A stretch of DNA of 64,000 nt from Felis catus. Taxonomy: Eukaryota. A program made the position numbers and the translations under genes. A model generated the notes under the pieces. The model ran no database searches. It was not told the DNA's origin and saw nothing but the letters and a program-made list of their open reading frames with translations. The DNA lies in NCBI RefSeq assembly GCF_018350175.1, contig NC_058373.1, positions 117,554,001-117,618,000 of the forward strand. Reading direction: 5' to 3'. Positions 49,361 through 60,807 of this stretch are shown in pieces (within the stretch, counting starts at the first letter, position 1; every line of letters starts with the position of its first letter).

Positions 49361-49654
49361 TAAGAAAGATTTGATGGGAAATATTAGGAAGTCAGCAGGT
49401 TGTGCCTTGACCAGTTTCTGAATACACAACCTTCGTTAGTACAGTGTTCTGCCATCTTTCAGGTACTTCCGCCAACATTATACCCCACTGTTGAGGCAGA
49501 CTGGACACCAGGCTACTCAAAGCCTCTCTAAGTTCCTCATTAACTGTTAGGATTGGTCTCCTGGGAATTCAAATAAAACACTCTTCCTAAACAAACTTGT
49601 TTCAACCTGTTTGTTTCTTAAGTGCATTTCCACCATAAACATACAATGTGCTTC

Positions 49655-49830
49655 TAACTAGCAGCGTGACCTTGGGCAATACTTAAACTCCCTGAGTCTT
49701 CCTTTCCTCATCTGTAGAACAGAGGTATAGTGGTCCCTACGCATGGGGGTGGAAAGGGGACCAGGTAAAATGAAGCACATCAACAAGTAAAATGATCTGG
49801 CCCGCGGTAAGATTGGCTAAATACTTACAA
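49655..49830 (+). mobile_element. MIR
   Basis: gtgaccttgggcaatacttaaactccctgagtct..tttcctcatctgtagaa. Confidence 0.7.
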
Positions 49831-50000
49831 TTTTATTTTCCTAATGCTATTAATGTATTTGATACTGTTAGGTTTAACATGTTTGGTGAAAAACTTTCAA
49901 AAAATTGCATGTAATGTTAGCCCCATTTTAGTGTATCTTCCCCCTCAATTTGTATTAGGTGATTATGCAAATAGGGTGACTATAGCCTTTTACGCTAAAC

Positions 50001-50355
50001 CAGGGGTTGGTTAAAACAAAAACCAAAAAACTAAACTTCTGTAAAGGGCCAGACAGGATAAATTTTAGGCTTTGTGGGTCATATGGTCTGTGTCACTACT
50101 ACTCAACTCTGCGACACAAAAACAGCTATACTGTCACAACATTATAATGTAAACAGCATAAAGGAGTGGTTTGGCTATGTTCCAAACAAACCTTATTTAT
50201 GGACACTGAAAGTTCAGTTTCATATAGTTTTTCATGAAATATTATTCTTTTTATTTTTTTCGACCATTTAAAAATGTAAAGACCATTCTTAGCTCACAGC
50301 ACATAAAGAAATAGCAGGCCAGATGTGAGCCACACGCTGGAGTCTGAGACCCCTG
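50001..50355. mobile_element. MER58B-like hAT element
   Basis: caggggttgg..ctgtaaagggccaga..ttttaggctttgtgggtcata..gacccctg. Confidence 0.8.
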
Positions 50356-51499
50356 TGCTACACAGTATATCATGAAAATCATTGAAACACTTCAAGAAAC
50401 CCAGAAAGGTAGAAAATAGAAGGGTGGGGATGGTTAATCTTCTGTTTCTATGGGAGAGAGGTCAGATGGGATCTGTAGCACACCAAACCAACCTGCAAAT
50501 ATTTCCCAGTGGGGGCTGGAGGTCAGAGAGCAGACGGAGGAAAAGTCAGCCAGTCCCAAAATGCTCACACTGCGTACCCTTCCTGGCCAACACCCCAGCT
50601 ACACAGGGTTGATGCAGTAGTTTCTAGGTAAGGAAAAGAGGTTCAAATCCTTAGCAGCCCATGACCGCCCAGGACTGGCACTCATATCTCCCAACTTGTT
50701 GGCCAAGTGTCTGCGGCTCAGATCCACAGCCCCTGGATTGTTAGTGCTCAGGGCTCGGGTATCATGCTGAGAGCTCAGGAAACTCTGGTCTCTAAAGAAG
50801 GGCCCAGCTGGGAAGCAGGCTCTGATCCTGCTTCTGCCACATGCTTTGTCTAGGATTGTAAATGTCTAGGTATTTAAGTCTTTTAAGCTTGCTTTCCTCA
50901 TTTTGTCCAACTGCAAAGTGGGAATGATGACACCCACGCCCTCTGAAATCCTCCCTAGTTGGGATCAGGATCTCTGAGTGGCTTCCTCAGCTGGTCACAA
51001 GGGTTCTCATAAGTCCCCTACAGGGGTCAGAACGCCAATGAAATGTGAGCATGTGCCCTACTATCAGGGGTCAGTAGTCAGAATAACGTCTCAGCCAGAT
51101 TCATGGACTCCTTTGAAATGGGGACTGGGGGTGGGCACAGGCTCTCCCTGAGGATTTTGTTTTTTATCTGACCACATGCATTGTTATAGCAAAGTTAATT
51201 GCCTGTGTTTGCTTCCTGTGGAAATATTTCACAAGACACCCCGTCAGCATGGGTCCCGCATTTGCAACTTGTGTTTTGCTGATCCATTTGGCTTTTTTGA
51301 AAATTTGGGCCAAGACCAAATCTTCCATAAAGGTCTGTGGGCTGTGACCATAGCCCTCAGCTGTTTGCTGTGTTGTTCCAATTTCATAGATTTAGCTTTG
51401 TGAGGGGAGAAAAAAAAAGAAAATGGGCCATGATTTTTTTTTAAAGGACTCAGTTCTTTACACTAAGGATTGACTTCTCTGTCCTCAACCATGGGCATC

Positions 51500-51680
51500 A
51501 GAGGACCTGCACTGTCACTCGCTTGCTATGTGGTCTCAGGCAAGGATCTTGACCTGGCGTGCCTTAGTTTTCTTACCTATAAAATGGGGATGATGTCTTC
51601 TGCATAGCCCTCTAAGGATTTGGGGGAAACCAGGTGAGCTAATGGCCCTGAAAAATTTTTAAGTAAAAAGTGCTATGTAT
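51500..51680 (+). mobile_element. MIR
   Basis: gctatgtggtctcaggcaag..gccttagttttcttacctataaaatggggatgat. Confidence 0.65.
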
Positions 51681-52405
51681 TTATGTGCATGAACTCACAA
51701 AAGTTAATGGCTCTAGTATTCCCAAGGTCTTATCATTCCAAGCTTTCTTGGATCAAGAAAACTTCTCCCAAGATGTCCACTTTTCTAAGGAATTCTTAGG
51801 AGAAAAATGCAGAAAAAGTACGTGGGAGCCAAATGCTGGGGGCTCACGTGTCACCAGGAAGAATTCAAAAATTCTCACCCTGAAGGTAGTAGGAAAGCTT
51901 TGAAGGCTTTGAGAGAAAAAGGGTATCAGAGGATGGTGGGCAGGGAGAGCTGGAGCAAGAGAGGTCTGAATCTTGGGGCATGTAGTCTAAAGATTTGCTG
52001 GTGGTTTTGGGAGGAGAAAATGAAACCGCAAGAAGTATTGAGAACCTAAGACTTCCTCTTTGGGAGTTCACCTCTTTCCAGAGCCTCCCCACAGGCTGCA
52101 GGAGGGAGTTGGACATCAATTGGCTGGCACAGTGGCTGCCTGGCTTCAATTTAAAAAGTCTCAGATATTCCCAGGACTGTGTCACTGGGTCTCTTCAATC
52201 ATGTGTCCGCCTCCCCATCCATCCATTTCTTGAACATTCTCCCATTGCAGTTGGGAGGCCTTGACCTGTGAGCTATGAAGTTCTATAGCGAGGGAAACTG
52301 CAAAGGAAGCAGGAGGCCCCAATGACTCTTTGCCATTAGGCAGAGCTTGTCTATAAGCACACCATTCTTTACAAGCAAAACAAAACAGACCTAAGAAAAC
52401 ACTTC

Positions 52406-52661
52406 ATTGGGACTGGATTGGATTGGATTGGATTGGATTGGATTGGTTTGGGTTGGATTGGGTTGGGTTGGATTGGGTTGGGTTGGGTTGGATTGGGTTG
52501 GATTGGATTGGATTGGATTGGATTGGATTGGATTGGTTTGGGTTGGATTGGGTTGGGTTGGGTTGGGTTGGATTGGGTTGGGTTGGATTGGATTGGATTG
52601 GATTGGATTGGGATGGATTGGGTTGGGTTGGGTTGGATTGGGTTGGATTGGATTGGATTGG
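52406..52661 (+). repeat. Compound pentanucleotide repeat (GATTG/GGTTG/GTTTG), ~51 units
   Basis: Directly visible; source of the WIGLD/SNPIQ pseudo-ORFs. Confidence 0.97.
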
Positions 52662-53467
52662 AAATCTGTCCATCAAATGGACTGATGGTTGTTGAACTGG
52701 GCAGACCCAACCATCCTTTGGCTCCAGTTCCTTCAGGTTTCTGTGTTGGCTTCAGAGCTGTCCAAGCCCTGCTGCTTTCCTGACCTACAGCAGCTGCTGA
52801 AGTGCCCCACTGAGGCCCCTCTGGGTCTTCCAGCACCTCTGGATTTGCAAGTTTTTTGACGGGAGTGGGAATTTGGTCTTCTTACCTTTCATAGGTCCCC
52901 ATGGCACTAAAGTGATACTCTGCATGCAGTTCAGTTTTTTAAAAATTTCCTTGACAACTCAGTCCAAAATTAGAATACTCTCAGCTGCACCTGTGAAGAC
53001 AAAGGAAGGACAATTTGTCCCGTGGCTTTCCACTTTGAAAAATCTTGCCAAACAACCTCGGGGGACACATATAGTAGGTGATCAATAAATACGGGTTAAA
53101 TTAAATTTCTACAATATGCCAATTCGGCAAAACTTGGAATATCCAATAAGAGTCAGGTGTTCTAGGCTCTGGGAATGTACAGATCCATAGGAGGGCCCCT
53201 TCCCCTAAGTAAGCCTCAGTCTAACTTACTGAAACTCTACCTGGCCATCATCCATGCATGGAATGATCAAAGAGCAACCTCAAGACCAAAATGAGGACCA
53301 GTAATGAAAGAGATGAGAAACATACCAGCAAGTCTATACCTCCCTTAAGCAGACAAGAAGCCTCTAGTCAAAAGTTTCTATTATTATCTCAACGAAGATG
53401 TTTAAAAGGAACTTGATTAAGGCATGCCAGGCTTCTAACATTTTCTTTTTTTAAAAGCCAGAGCCCA

Positions 53468-53625
53468 ACTCTTAAAAACTGAGAACAAACTGAGGGTTGA
53501 TGGGGGGTGGGAGGGAGGGGAGGGGAGGTGATGGGCATTGAAGAGGGCATCTTTTGGGATGAGCACTGGGTGTTGTATGGAAACCAATTTGACAATAAAT
53601 TTCATATATTAAAAAAAAAAAAAAA
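53468..53625 (+). mobile_element. Young, 5'-truncated felid L1 3' end (~155 bp)
   Basis: G-rich 3'UTR, AATAAA at 53594, A15 tail, perfect TSD aaaagccagagccca (53453-53467, 53622-53636) and TT|AAAA target site. Confidence 0.9.
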
Positions 53626-55034
53626 GCCAGAGCCCAGTGGAATACACATTTACGTTTGTCCCAGATTACTCAGAAATAGGAGCCTTTGTAGCCTGGTGAA
53701 GGCTGTTCATCTTTGCTCTAGTGGTGGAGGTGGGTGGCTTTGTGTGCCTGTATCACAAGACTGCGCCAAGTTTCCTGATATTAATCCTCAATTGGAGGGC
53801 ATTTCCTGGTAGACTTCCCATGCCAGACCTATTTTAATAAAGAATGCCACAGCACTGCTGGCTCCAGGAGTTACTCATTTTATTCTGTGGGTGGTTTTAT
53901 TTTAGGAAGATGAACAGCAGAGGGAGGGATACATCTTCCAAAAGAACAAATCCGTTGTTTGTGATCTGGTCCTGCTTATTACCACACAGACTAGTAGTTC
54001 CTGGAGAGAAGACACCAGAGAACTAAATGCCAAAATTTCGTTGTCGATGCTTCATAGATTTCTTGCACCAAACCCCGTGACTTTGAAGAGGAAAAGGAAA
54101 ACACTTGTCTAAGTTGATACCCGTGGTATTTGGGTACGTGAAAGGCAATACACAAAGATGGCTTCAAAGCTACTCTTATGTAAAGAATAGGAATTGAACC
54201 GTTATCAAATTACTGCACATTTTGGTCAAATTGAACATGCTGATACAGATGATTTGCAGGGTAAAGACCAATGAGAATGTACTCTTACATTCTCTTATGA
54301 TTTGACTGCTGCATTGCATAGAAACAAGCATCCTCTTGTTCTGCTTAGAAGGACAAAGAAACCCAAATGAGGGCTTCTCATTTAAGATCCATATGACCCT
54401 AGGATGGTCATCCAAAGCTGCCTCCGTGAGGACAAGCTACCACCTTTCATGCAAGTGGGTATCCATGTTGCCATGTCATTCTTTCTGTTGTCTCTCCTAT
54501 AACTGTTTAGCAGATACTGATTTAGGACCCACATCAAGACTTTACCACTGTGCAACCCTATCTTCTGTCCCCCTGCAGGACCAGTGTTTAAACGAGTGCT
54601 AATTTTCCCTAGGCCTCCTCTAACCATGCCTAGGATCTGAAGGCTTTTGGTTTAGGATATTCAAGAGTGTCTCAAAAGGGATCTGCTCAATGACTTGCTT
54701 TGCTACACATTTGCTGCTCATGGCTGCCCAAGGGCTCAGTCAGCCCCCAGAGCTTTGTCAGAACAGGCCCTTCCTTCTGGTATAGAAGGCAAGTGGTACA
54801 CAGCCTGTGAGGTAAGAAACCCGAGCCAGTTGACCTGGGTGACCCAGCTGTTACCATCACTGATGATGGAGGTAGTAAATGGTTCCCAAAGGGTGGTTCA
54901 CCTACTACTAGGATGGCTCAGCTCAGGCCTCGAGAGGAGACCCCTAACATTTCTGCTGGCCACACACTGAGGGCTTCTTTTGTCCCAGCCACGCAGCACT
55001 GACGCCCTGGAAACCCCAGCTGAAGGATAATGAA

Positions 55035-55165
55035 AAGCAACATGGTGCCAGGGAAGAGCATGAGCTTGGGGGGGTCACACAGTTCTGGGTTCAAATCCTA
55101 GCTCTGTACTTGGGCCAGTCACTTAACCTTTTAGAGTTGCGGTCTCCTTATCTATAACGTAGGGC
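55035..55165 (+). mobile_element. MIR
   Basis: ctgggttcaaatcctagctctg..ttgggccagtcacttaacctt..tctccttatctataa. Confidence 0.7.
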
Positions 55166-56310
55166 TATTTCAGTCTCAGCACTGATTCAAACCAAACAAT
55201 AGCAACTAAATAAAATGATGTAACTGGGCTCTGCCTCACCTTTCCTCCCACCCCAGGGATTTTGCAGTCTTTGGTCTCACCCCCGTGTCATCCCTAGCAA
55301 GGGCAGTCACAACACGAAGGCCAATTATTATTATTACTTTACATGTGCACAGTTTTTGTGGTGCTCTCACTGCTATTTGGGCATTTAATCGTGTGATCGG
55401 CGGGGCCGGAGAGGGGCAGAGTCAGGACCTGAATCTTAGTCTTTGGCTTCCACCACTGAACAACAACATCACATCCTGCCTCGCGGGCTCATTTCCTCTA
55501 ACAGATTGCAACGGACCCAGCAGTTCCCAAAGTCTAGATGTTGTTCCGGGAAGCCTGGGTGTGAAGGGCAGAGATGAGGCACATCTATCTGCAAAAAGAA
55601 AAATAGGGCACTTGAAAATCACAAGAAGGGCTCTTGGCATCTGTGCAATGCTCCAGCTGAGTGGTTTCCCACTCCAGGAGGATGTTCGAAGGCTGGGAAA
55701 TGAGGCTGTAGCTGGTTTAGGACCCCACAGCAACGAGGATATGAGGGTGCTCTCAAGTAATTCAGCTGCTCCAGCAGGCCTGGAACCCAAGGCTCCCGGC
55801 ATTTGTCCGATTACCTTCCCCAGTGCTCGTGAGGGTCACTGTGCTTTGCCTAAAATTAAAGGAGATTTCCAAATGAGGACGATCACAGCAAAACATTCTT
55901 TGAAGCCGGTGTGGTTTTGAGACAGCTTGCACCGCTCGCTCCTCCCAGCTCCCACGTGTCTTGCACCCTACTGATCCCAGTTGTCTTGCTTCTGCCTTAG
56001 CATCCCAGATGAGCAGAGCTCTCCGTCCTGGGGCTGGGCCCAGAAAGGGAAATGAGGGTGGAGTGTCCCATCAAGGTGACATCCCGGTACTATAACCGTC
56101 AACCGCTCTGGGGGTGTGATGCCCAAACCCCACAGAGAACTGTGGGTAAGATGTCCAGTATGATTTAGGGCCCTAGAGCATCGGTGGCTCAGCCTATGGA
56201 GAACCACCCTCACCCTCCCTGGAGTCGGTGATACCCTTCCCTTGTGCGGGAAGGCAGATGTGGACCCTGGTTGTTCTGCTTGTTCATGGTCCACTCAGCT
56301 ATCTCTTTTT

Positions 56311-56482
56311 GAGGAAAGGAAGGGGAAGGAAGAAGGAGGAGGAGGGGGAGGAGGAGGAAAACTAAGGAAGAGAGGAAAGCAATGACGAAGGAGGGAAGGG
56401 AAGAAAGGAGAGAGAAAAGATGGGAAGGAGGGAGGATGGGAAGGGAAGAAAAGACAAGAAAAGGCAAAGAAGAAATGGGAAG
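56311..56482 (+). repeat. GA-rich low-complexity polypurine tract
   Basis: Directly visible. Confidence 0.85.
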
Positions 56483-57689
56483 ATCAAACTTATTTTTCTC
56501 TAGCCCCTGAGGAATTCTGTCAGTGGGGGCTCCCTGGTTCTTCCAGTAGCTCCCTTGCTCTTTGCAGATTCTAGATATACGTTTCCCTTAAGACTGGTTG
56601 TCTGCAAAGCAGGGGAAACAAACCAGAACCTCCCATAAATCAGGAGAGGTCACTGCCAAGAGCTTTGTACACTTGCTGTCCCTGGCAGTGATAAACTCAT
56701 TGCATTTGGGAACTGGCCAAAGACCCTGAGTCCTATCTTAATTCTCGTTCCCAGAAAAACCTCAGCTCTCCGTTCACCCACCCCCTGTTTACTGTCTTTG
56801 TGCTTCTTCAACAAAGCTGGCAAGGAGGAAGGAACAGAGCTCCACAAACTGGGCACATCAAAGGCACCATTTCTTGGCTTGGGGGAGCAGAGGAGTGTGG
56901 GGGAGAGTCATGGATCTCTGGACTGCGGGAAATAGAGGCCCAGGCCTGAAGCCTCCAGGGGCCCTGCCGGGGACACGGGAGATCTGCACACATCATCAGA
57001 TGGTCTCCCTCAGACCTGTGCCTTGCATCTGCCGTTGTTACTTTGGTGGTTGTTCCCTCACAGGGTAATTTGAGACTGTCCTACTGATGGCCAAGGGCTA
57101 GCGATGGCGTTGACAGATTAAGACCGCCTTATTGAACCCACCCCCAACAGGTCATGTCCTCACTCTCGACCTCTCCCCATACCATCCCCACCTTGGCTCT
57201 GGCTCTGCAGTTGGCATGTGACATGGAGAAGATGAGAGCAGTGTCCACACTGCTCCTCTGACCCACATGGAGCCCCTGGAAGAGTAGACCATCCCGGTGG
57301 GCCACTCCATCCTGCTTGCCCCTTCTTGCTCTGGTTGACCATCTATGCGGCGGAAAGACCAGACTCACCAACCCTCCATCCCCACGGAACTGGGAGATAC
57401 TTTTCTCTCTCTGTCCACTCGCATCTTCCTACCTTGATGAGGAACTGTGGTTGTTTAGATGATGCTTCCCTCTCTCTGGCAGGGTAGGCCACCCATCCCA
57501 TACGCAACATTCACAGCACCCTGTGCGTATGCTTCTTCTTTGTAGCTTGTAGCTCAAATACACCCCCAGATCTACAAAGGTGACTTATGGGAGTGGGCCC
57601 CACCGCAAGAAGCCAAGCAAAATTCACTAGTGGCTGGACCTGAGACTGCTTTGGGGGGAGTAGTCTATCCCCTTCGCGCATCAATCTTA

Positions 57690-57812
57690 CCTAATAGAAT
57701 CAAAGCTTCACGACAGCAGGGGCCTCATCAGGCTGTAACCTCAGTGCCTGACAGAGTGCCTACACCTAATAGGTTCTCGTTAAACACTTGCTGAATATTT
57801 CTGTGACTAAAT
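57690..57812 (+). mobile_element. L2 3' end
   Basis: tagaatcaaagcttcacgacagcagggg..cagtgcctgacagagtgcct..ctaataggttctc..aacacttgctgaat. Confidence 0.65.
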
Positions 57813-59609
57813 GTTGGGGAATCCGCTTTATCCTGCTCTTTTTTTAATTGACAGGTTCCTTCTTTTAACGGACCAGGCTTTTCCATCCCACAGTGAGGTT
57901 GGTGGAATTAGCTGGATCGGGGGAGAACTGTGTTGCCAAAGCCAGAAGGGCCAGGCTAGGAGAGATTTCCTTACCTCTCTTGGGGCAGTGGAGGAGGGTG
58001 GAGGGTGGGGACTGTTTTGTGAGATATACCTGGGATTTATATTCCTCTGAGAAGTCAGAATAAGAAGCAGGGACCTGTTACCTTGGAGAGGGGTTTGGAG
58101 AGGGCCCAGGCATGAGTGACAGGTCTCTCCTGATGACAGAGCCACCTGGCTCTGTCAGCCGGACAGAAGCGATGCCTGAGACGAGAAGGAGACAGTGAGT
58201 CATTTTTACTCTGGATTCACATTTGTACCTAAGATTTAAACGTTAGAACAACTTAAAGAGACTACGTATGAAAACAAAGACCAAAGCAGTGCTTTGGCCT
58301 TAGCTCTGAGGCCATTAGAGATGACCCAAGATGTTCACACATGGGATTCCTTTGAACTGAGTGTGAGCCCTGCTCCCCTTCCATGCAGAGGGCACAAACT
58401 GATGTGACCATAAACCACAATACATATGGAGCCTGCAAACTTGCTGGGTGTTAAACTCAGACAAGCACTTCAGTGACCCTGGAAACAATGTAGATTCCAC
58501 TAACACGGAACCCATATAATAAGAGATAAACACATATTGTTCCCACCCTCAAGGAATTTAAACTAGAGCGGGCCGGATTTTTGTCTGAAATTTGCAGGCA
58601 ATGAAGCATGTTCTCACTAAGTGTATTAAACGCAACACGTCTGGGTTATCAAAGTCGGTTCAAATCCAAGCCAATGTTGAGTTTTGCTTGGCTCCTTGCA
58701 GGGGGCCGTCCCATCAGCTGGGTTGCACCCTGCTGTTGTAAACGTGGGGGCATTCCAGGAGGAATGAAGCAGGTGCCTGAACTGAAGATGAGATGGAAAA
58801 GGAAAAGGATGTGGCCAAGGAATTTGTTGCTTTCTACTTTCACTTTCTTTTGAAGTGGGAAGGGAGAGGCTCCCAGCAAACCCTTGCCGTTGTCAAAGGT
58901 TCCTCTGGGGTGCAATAGAAGCCTAGCCAGGTATCTCTACAATGTGCTCCCCCCACCTCAGCTAAGGGGAGACCTCTCTTCCTCTACCCTCCCCTGGAGG
59001 GCAAGTTCCCAAGGAAGAGGTCCTTAATGACCAATCCAGCCTCTCAACTGAGCACTGTCTCCTCACTGACCAGCTTTCCATTCCCTCAAGTGCTGGGGTC
59101 CTTGTCCATCTTCACGGGATGAACAGTGAGTGAACATAAGGGAAGATGCGTCCTCTGCCAAGCCAGCCTCTGCCGGCAATCCCACCATCCCTAGTTAAAG
59201 CCCACTGTCCCTCTTAATAGGTCCTCTCTTGCGACAGCCAGGCTCTCCTGCTGAGGTACTCTCCATCACAACTGATAAGTAACGCTTTTTCAATCAACAA
59301 ACTCCCTCTTTTAAGGAACCAGGTTTTTCCTGCCCTTGTTGAGGACAGATCTGTTAGGAAGGGCCCACAAACTATAGGGATTAGCTGGAAGTCAAGGGTG
59401 AAATTCATCACCAAGACCAGAATGCAAATGCCTCCAGGAGCCCAGGAGAATAGTACGCCACAGCATCTGCCCCTCCTGGATAGAAGCCTTAGGCCTGCTG
59501 CACTTGCTCACGTGTTCCACAAATGGTTGCCAAGGGCACCCTTTCAGGATGGGATGGTGACCCTAACACGTACAACTGACCTAATTGCATCATTGCCTAT
59601 GTTTTTTTT

Positions 59610-59834
59610 TTAATTAAGCCTTTTCTTCATTTTCTTAATGTTTATTTATTTTTGAGAGATAGATAGAGTGTGAGTGGGAGAGGGACAGAGAGGGAGGGAG
59701 ACACAGAATCTGAAGCAGGCTCCAGGCCCTAAGCTGTCAGCCCAGAACCCGATGTGGGGCTCCAACCCACGAACTGTGAGATCCTGACCTGAGCCGAAGT
59801 CGGACGCTTAACCGACTGAGCCACCGAGGGGCCC
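59610..59834 (-). mobile_element. CAN-SINE
   Basis: TSD ttttaattaagc. Confidence 0.9.
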
Positions 59835-59844
59835 TTTTAATTAA

Positions 59845-60033
59845 GCATTTTATTTTGAGATACTGCTAGATTCACATGCAGTCATAAGATGTAATACAGA
59901 GATGTACCATTTATCCAGTTTCCCGTAATGGTAACATCTGCAAAACTATAGTATGATTTCATAACCATGATATTGACATCGCTACATCCACTGAGTATCA
60001 GATTTCCGAATTTTACTTGTACTCATGTGCATC

Positions 60034-60064
<31 letters not shown>

Positions 60065-60430
60065 TTAGTTCTGTACAGCTCCATCACGTGTGTAGGACAG
60101 AGAGGCATTTCATCACTGCAAGAATCTTTCATTTTGTCTTTTTTTATGTTTTTTTAATTTAATTTTTATTTTTTTTATCATTTATTGTCAAATCGGTTTC
60201 CATACAACACTAATCTCCCCTCCCATCCCCCTCCCGTCCTTAACCCCTGGCAATCACTCATCTGTTGTCTGTTTCTATAATTTGTCATTTCAAGAACGTT
60301 ATATAAATGGAATTGTACAGTATGTAACCTTCTGGGGATTGACCCTTTTGCTCATCATAATTCCCTTGAGATTCGTCCAAGTGGCTGGGTGTATCAGTAC
60401 TCGGTCCTTCTCAGTGCTGTGCCTGTGGTT
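59845..60430 (-). mobile_element. Old L1MB-like 3' end containing (TG)n and a tiny younger L1 tail
   Basis: tagattcacatgcagt..ggtaacatctgcaaaactatagta..ttgtcatttcaagaacgttatataaatggaat. Confidence 0.75.
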
Positions 60431-60717
60431 TTAATCATTAAGCAATATTGCATCTCAACATGGCACCAAGGCCCAATTACAAAGACTTTGGGACATGACC
60501 CTTGAGGATGTTTCGCGCTAAGAGAGAAAATACATTTTGTTTGGTGTTTCTGGGTGGGGCAAAACAAAACAAACATTGCAAGTGTTTCTAGATGCAAGGA
60601 AGCATGCCTGTGTGTTTCTTTCCTAAACCAGTGGCCAGTTGGGTTGTGATTCCCCTTAGCCAGTTGGGTTGTGGCTGATAGTTCTTTCTCGCGTCTTCCC
60701 ACTTCTTCCCCTCCCAG

Positions 60718-60807
60718 GAACACATCTACAAGTTGATGAAGAGTGACAGCTATGCCCGCTTCCTCCGGTCAAATGCCTACCAGGACTTGCTGCTGGCCAA
60801 GAAGAAG
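60718..60807 (+). CDS. RGS6: RGS6 coding exon (~exon 16), [30 protein letters not shown], end of RGS domain
   Basis: Acceptor cttcccctcccag|G and donor AAG|gtatca; 90 nt, phase 0 to 0; RGS LM..DSY.RF motif. Confidence 0.97.

Noticed and set aside
52369..52836. Overlapping ORFs with WIGLD/SNPIQ pentapeptide repeats
   Set aside because: They are translations of a pentanucleotide microsatellite that has no stops in any frame, with no splice or coding context.
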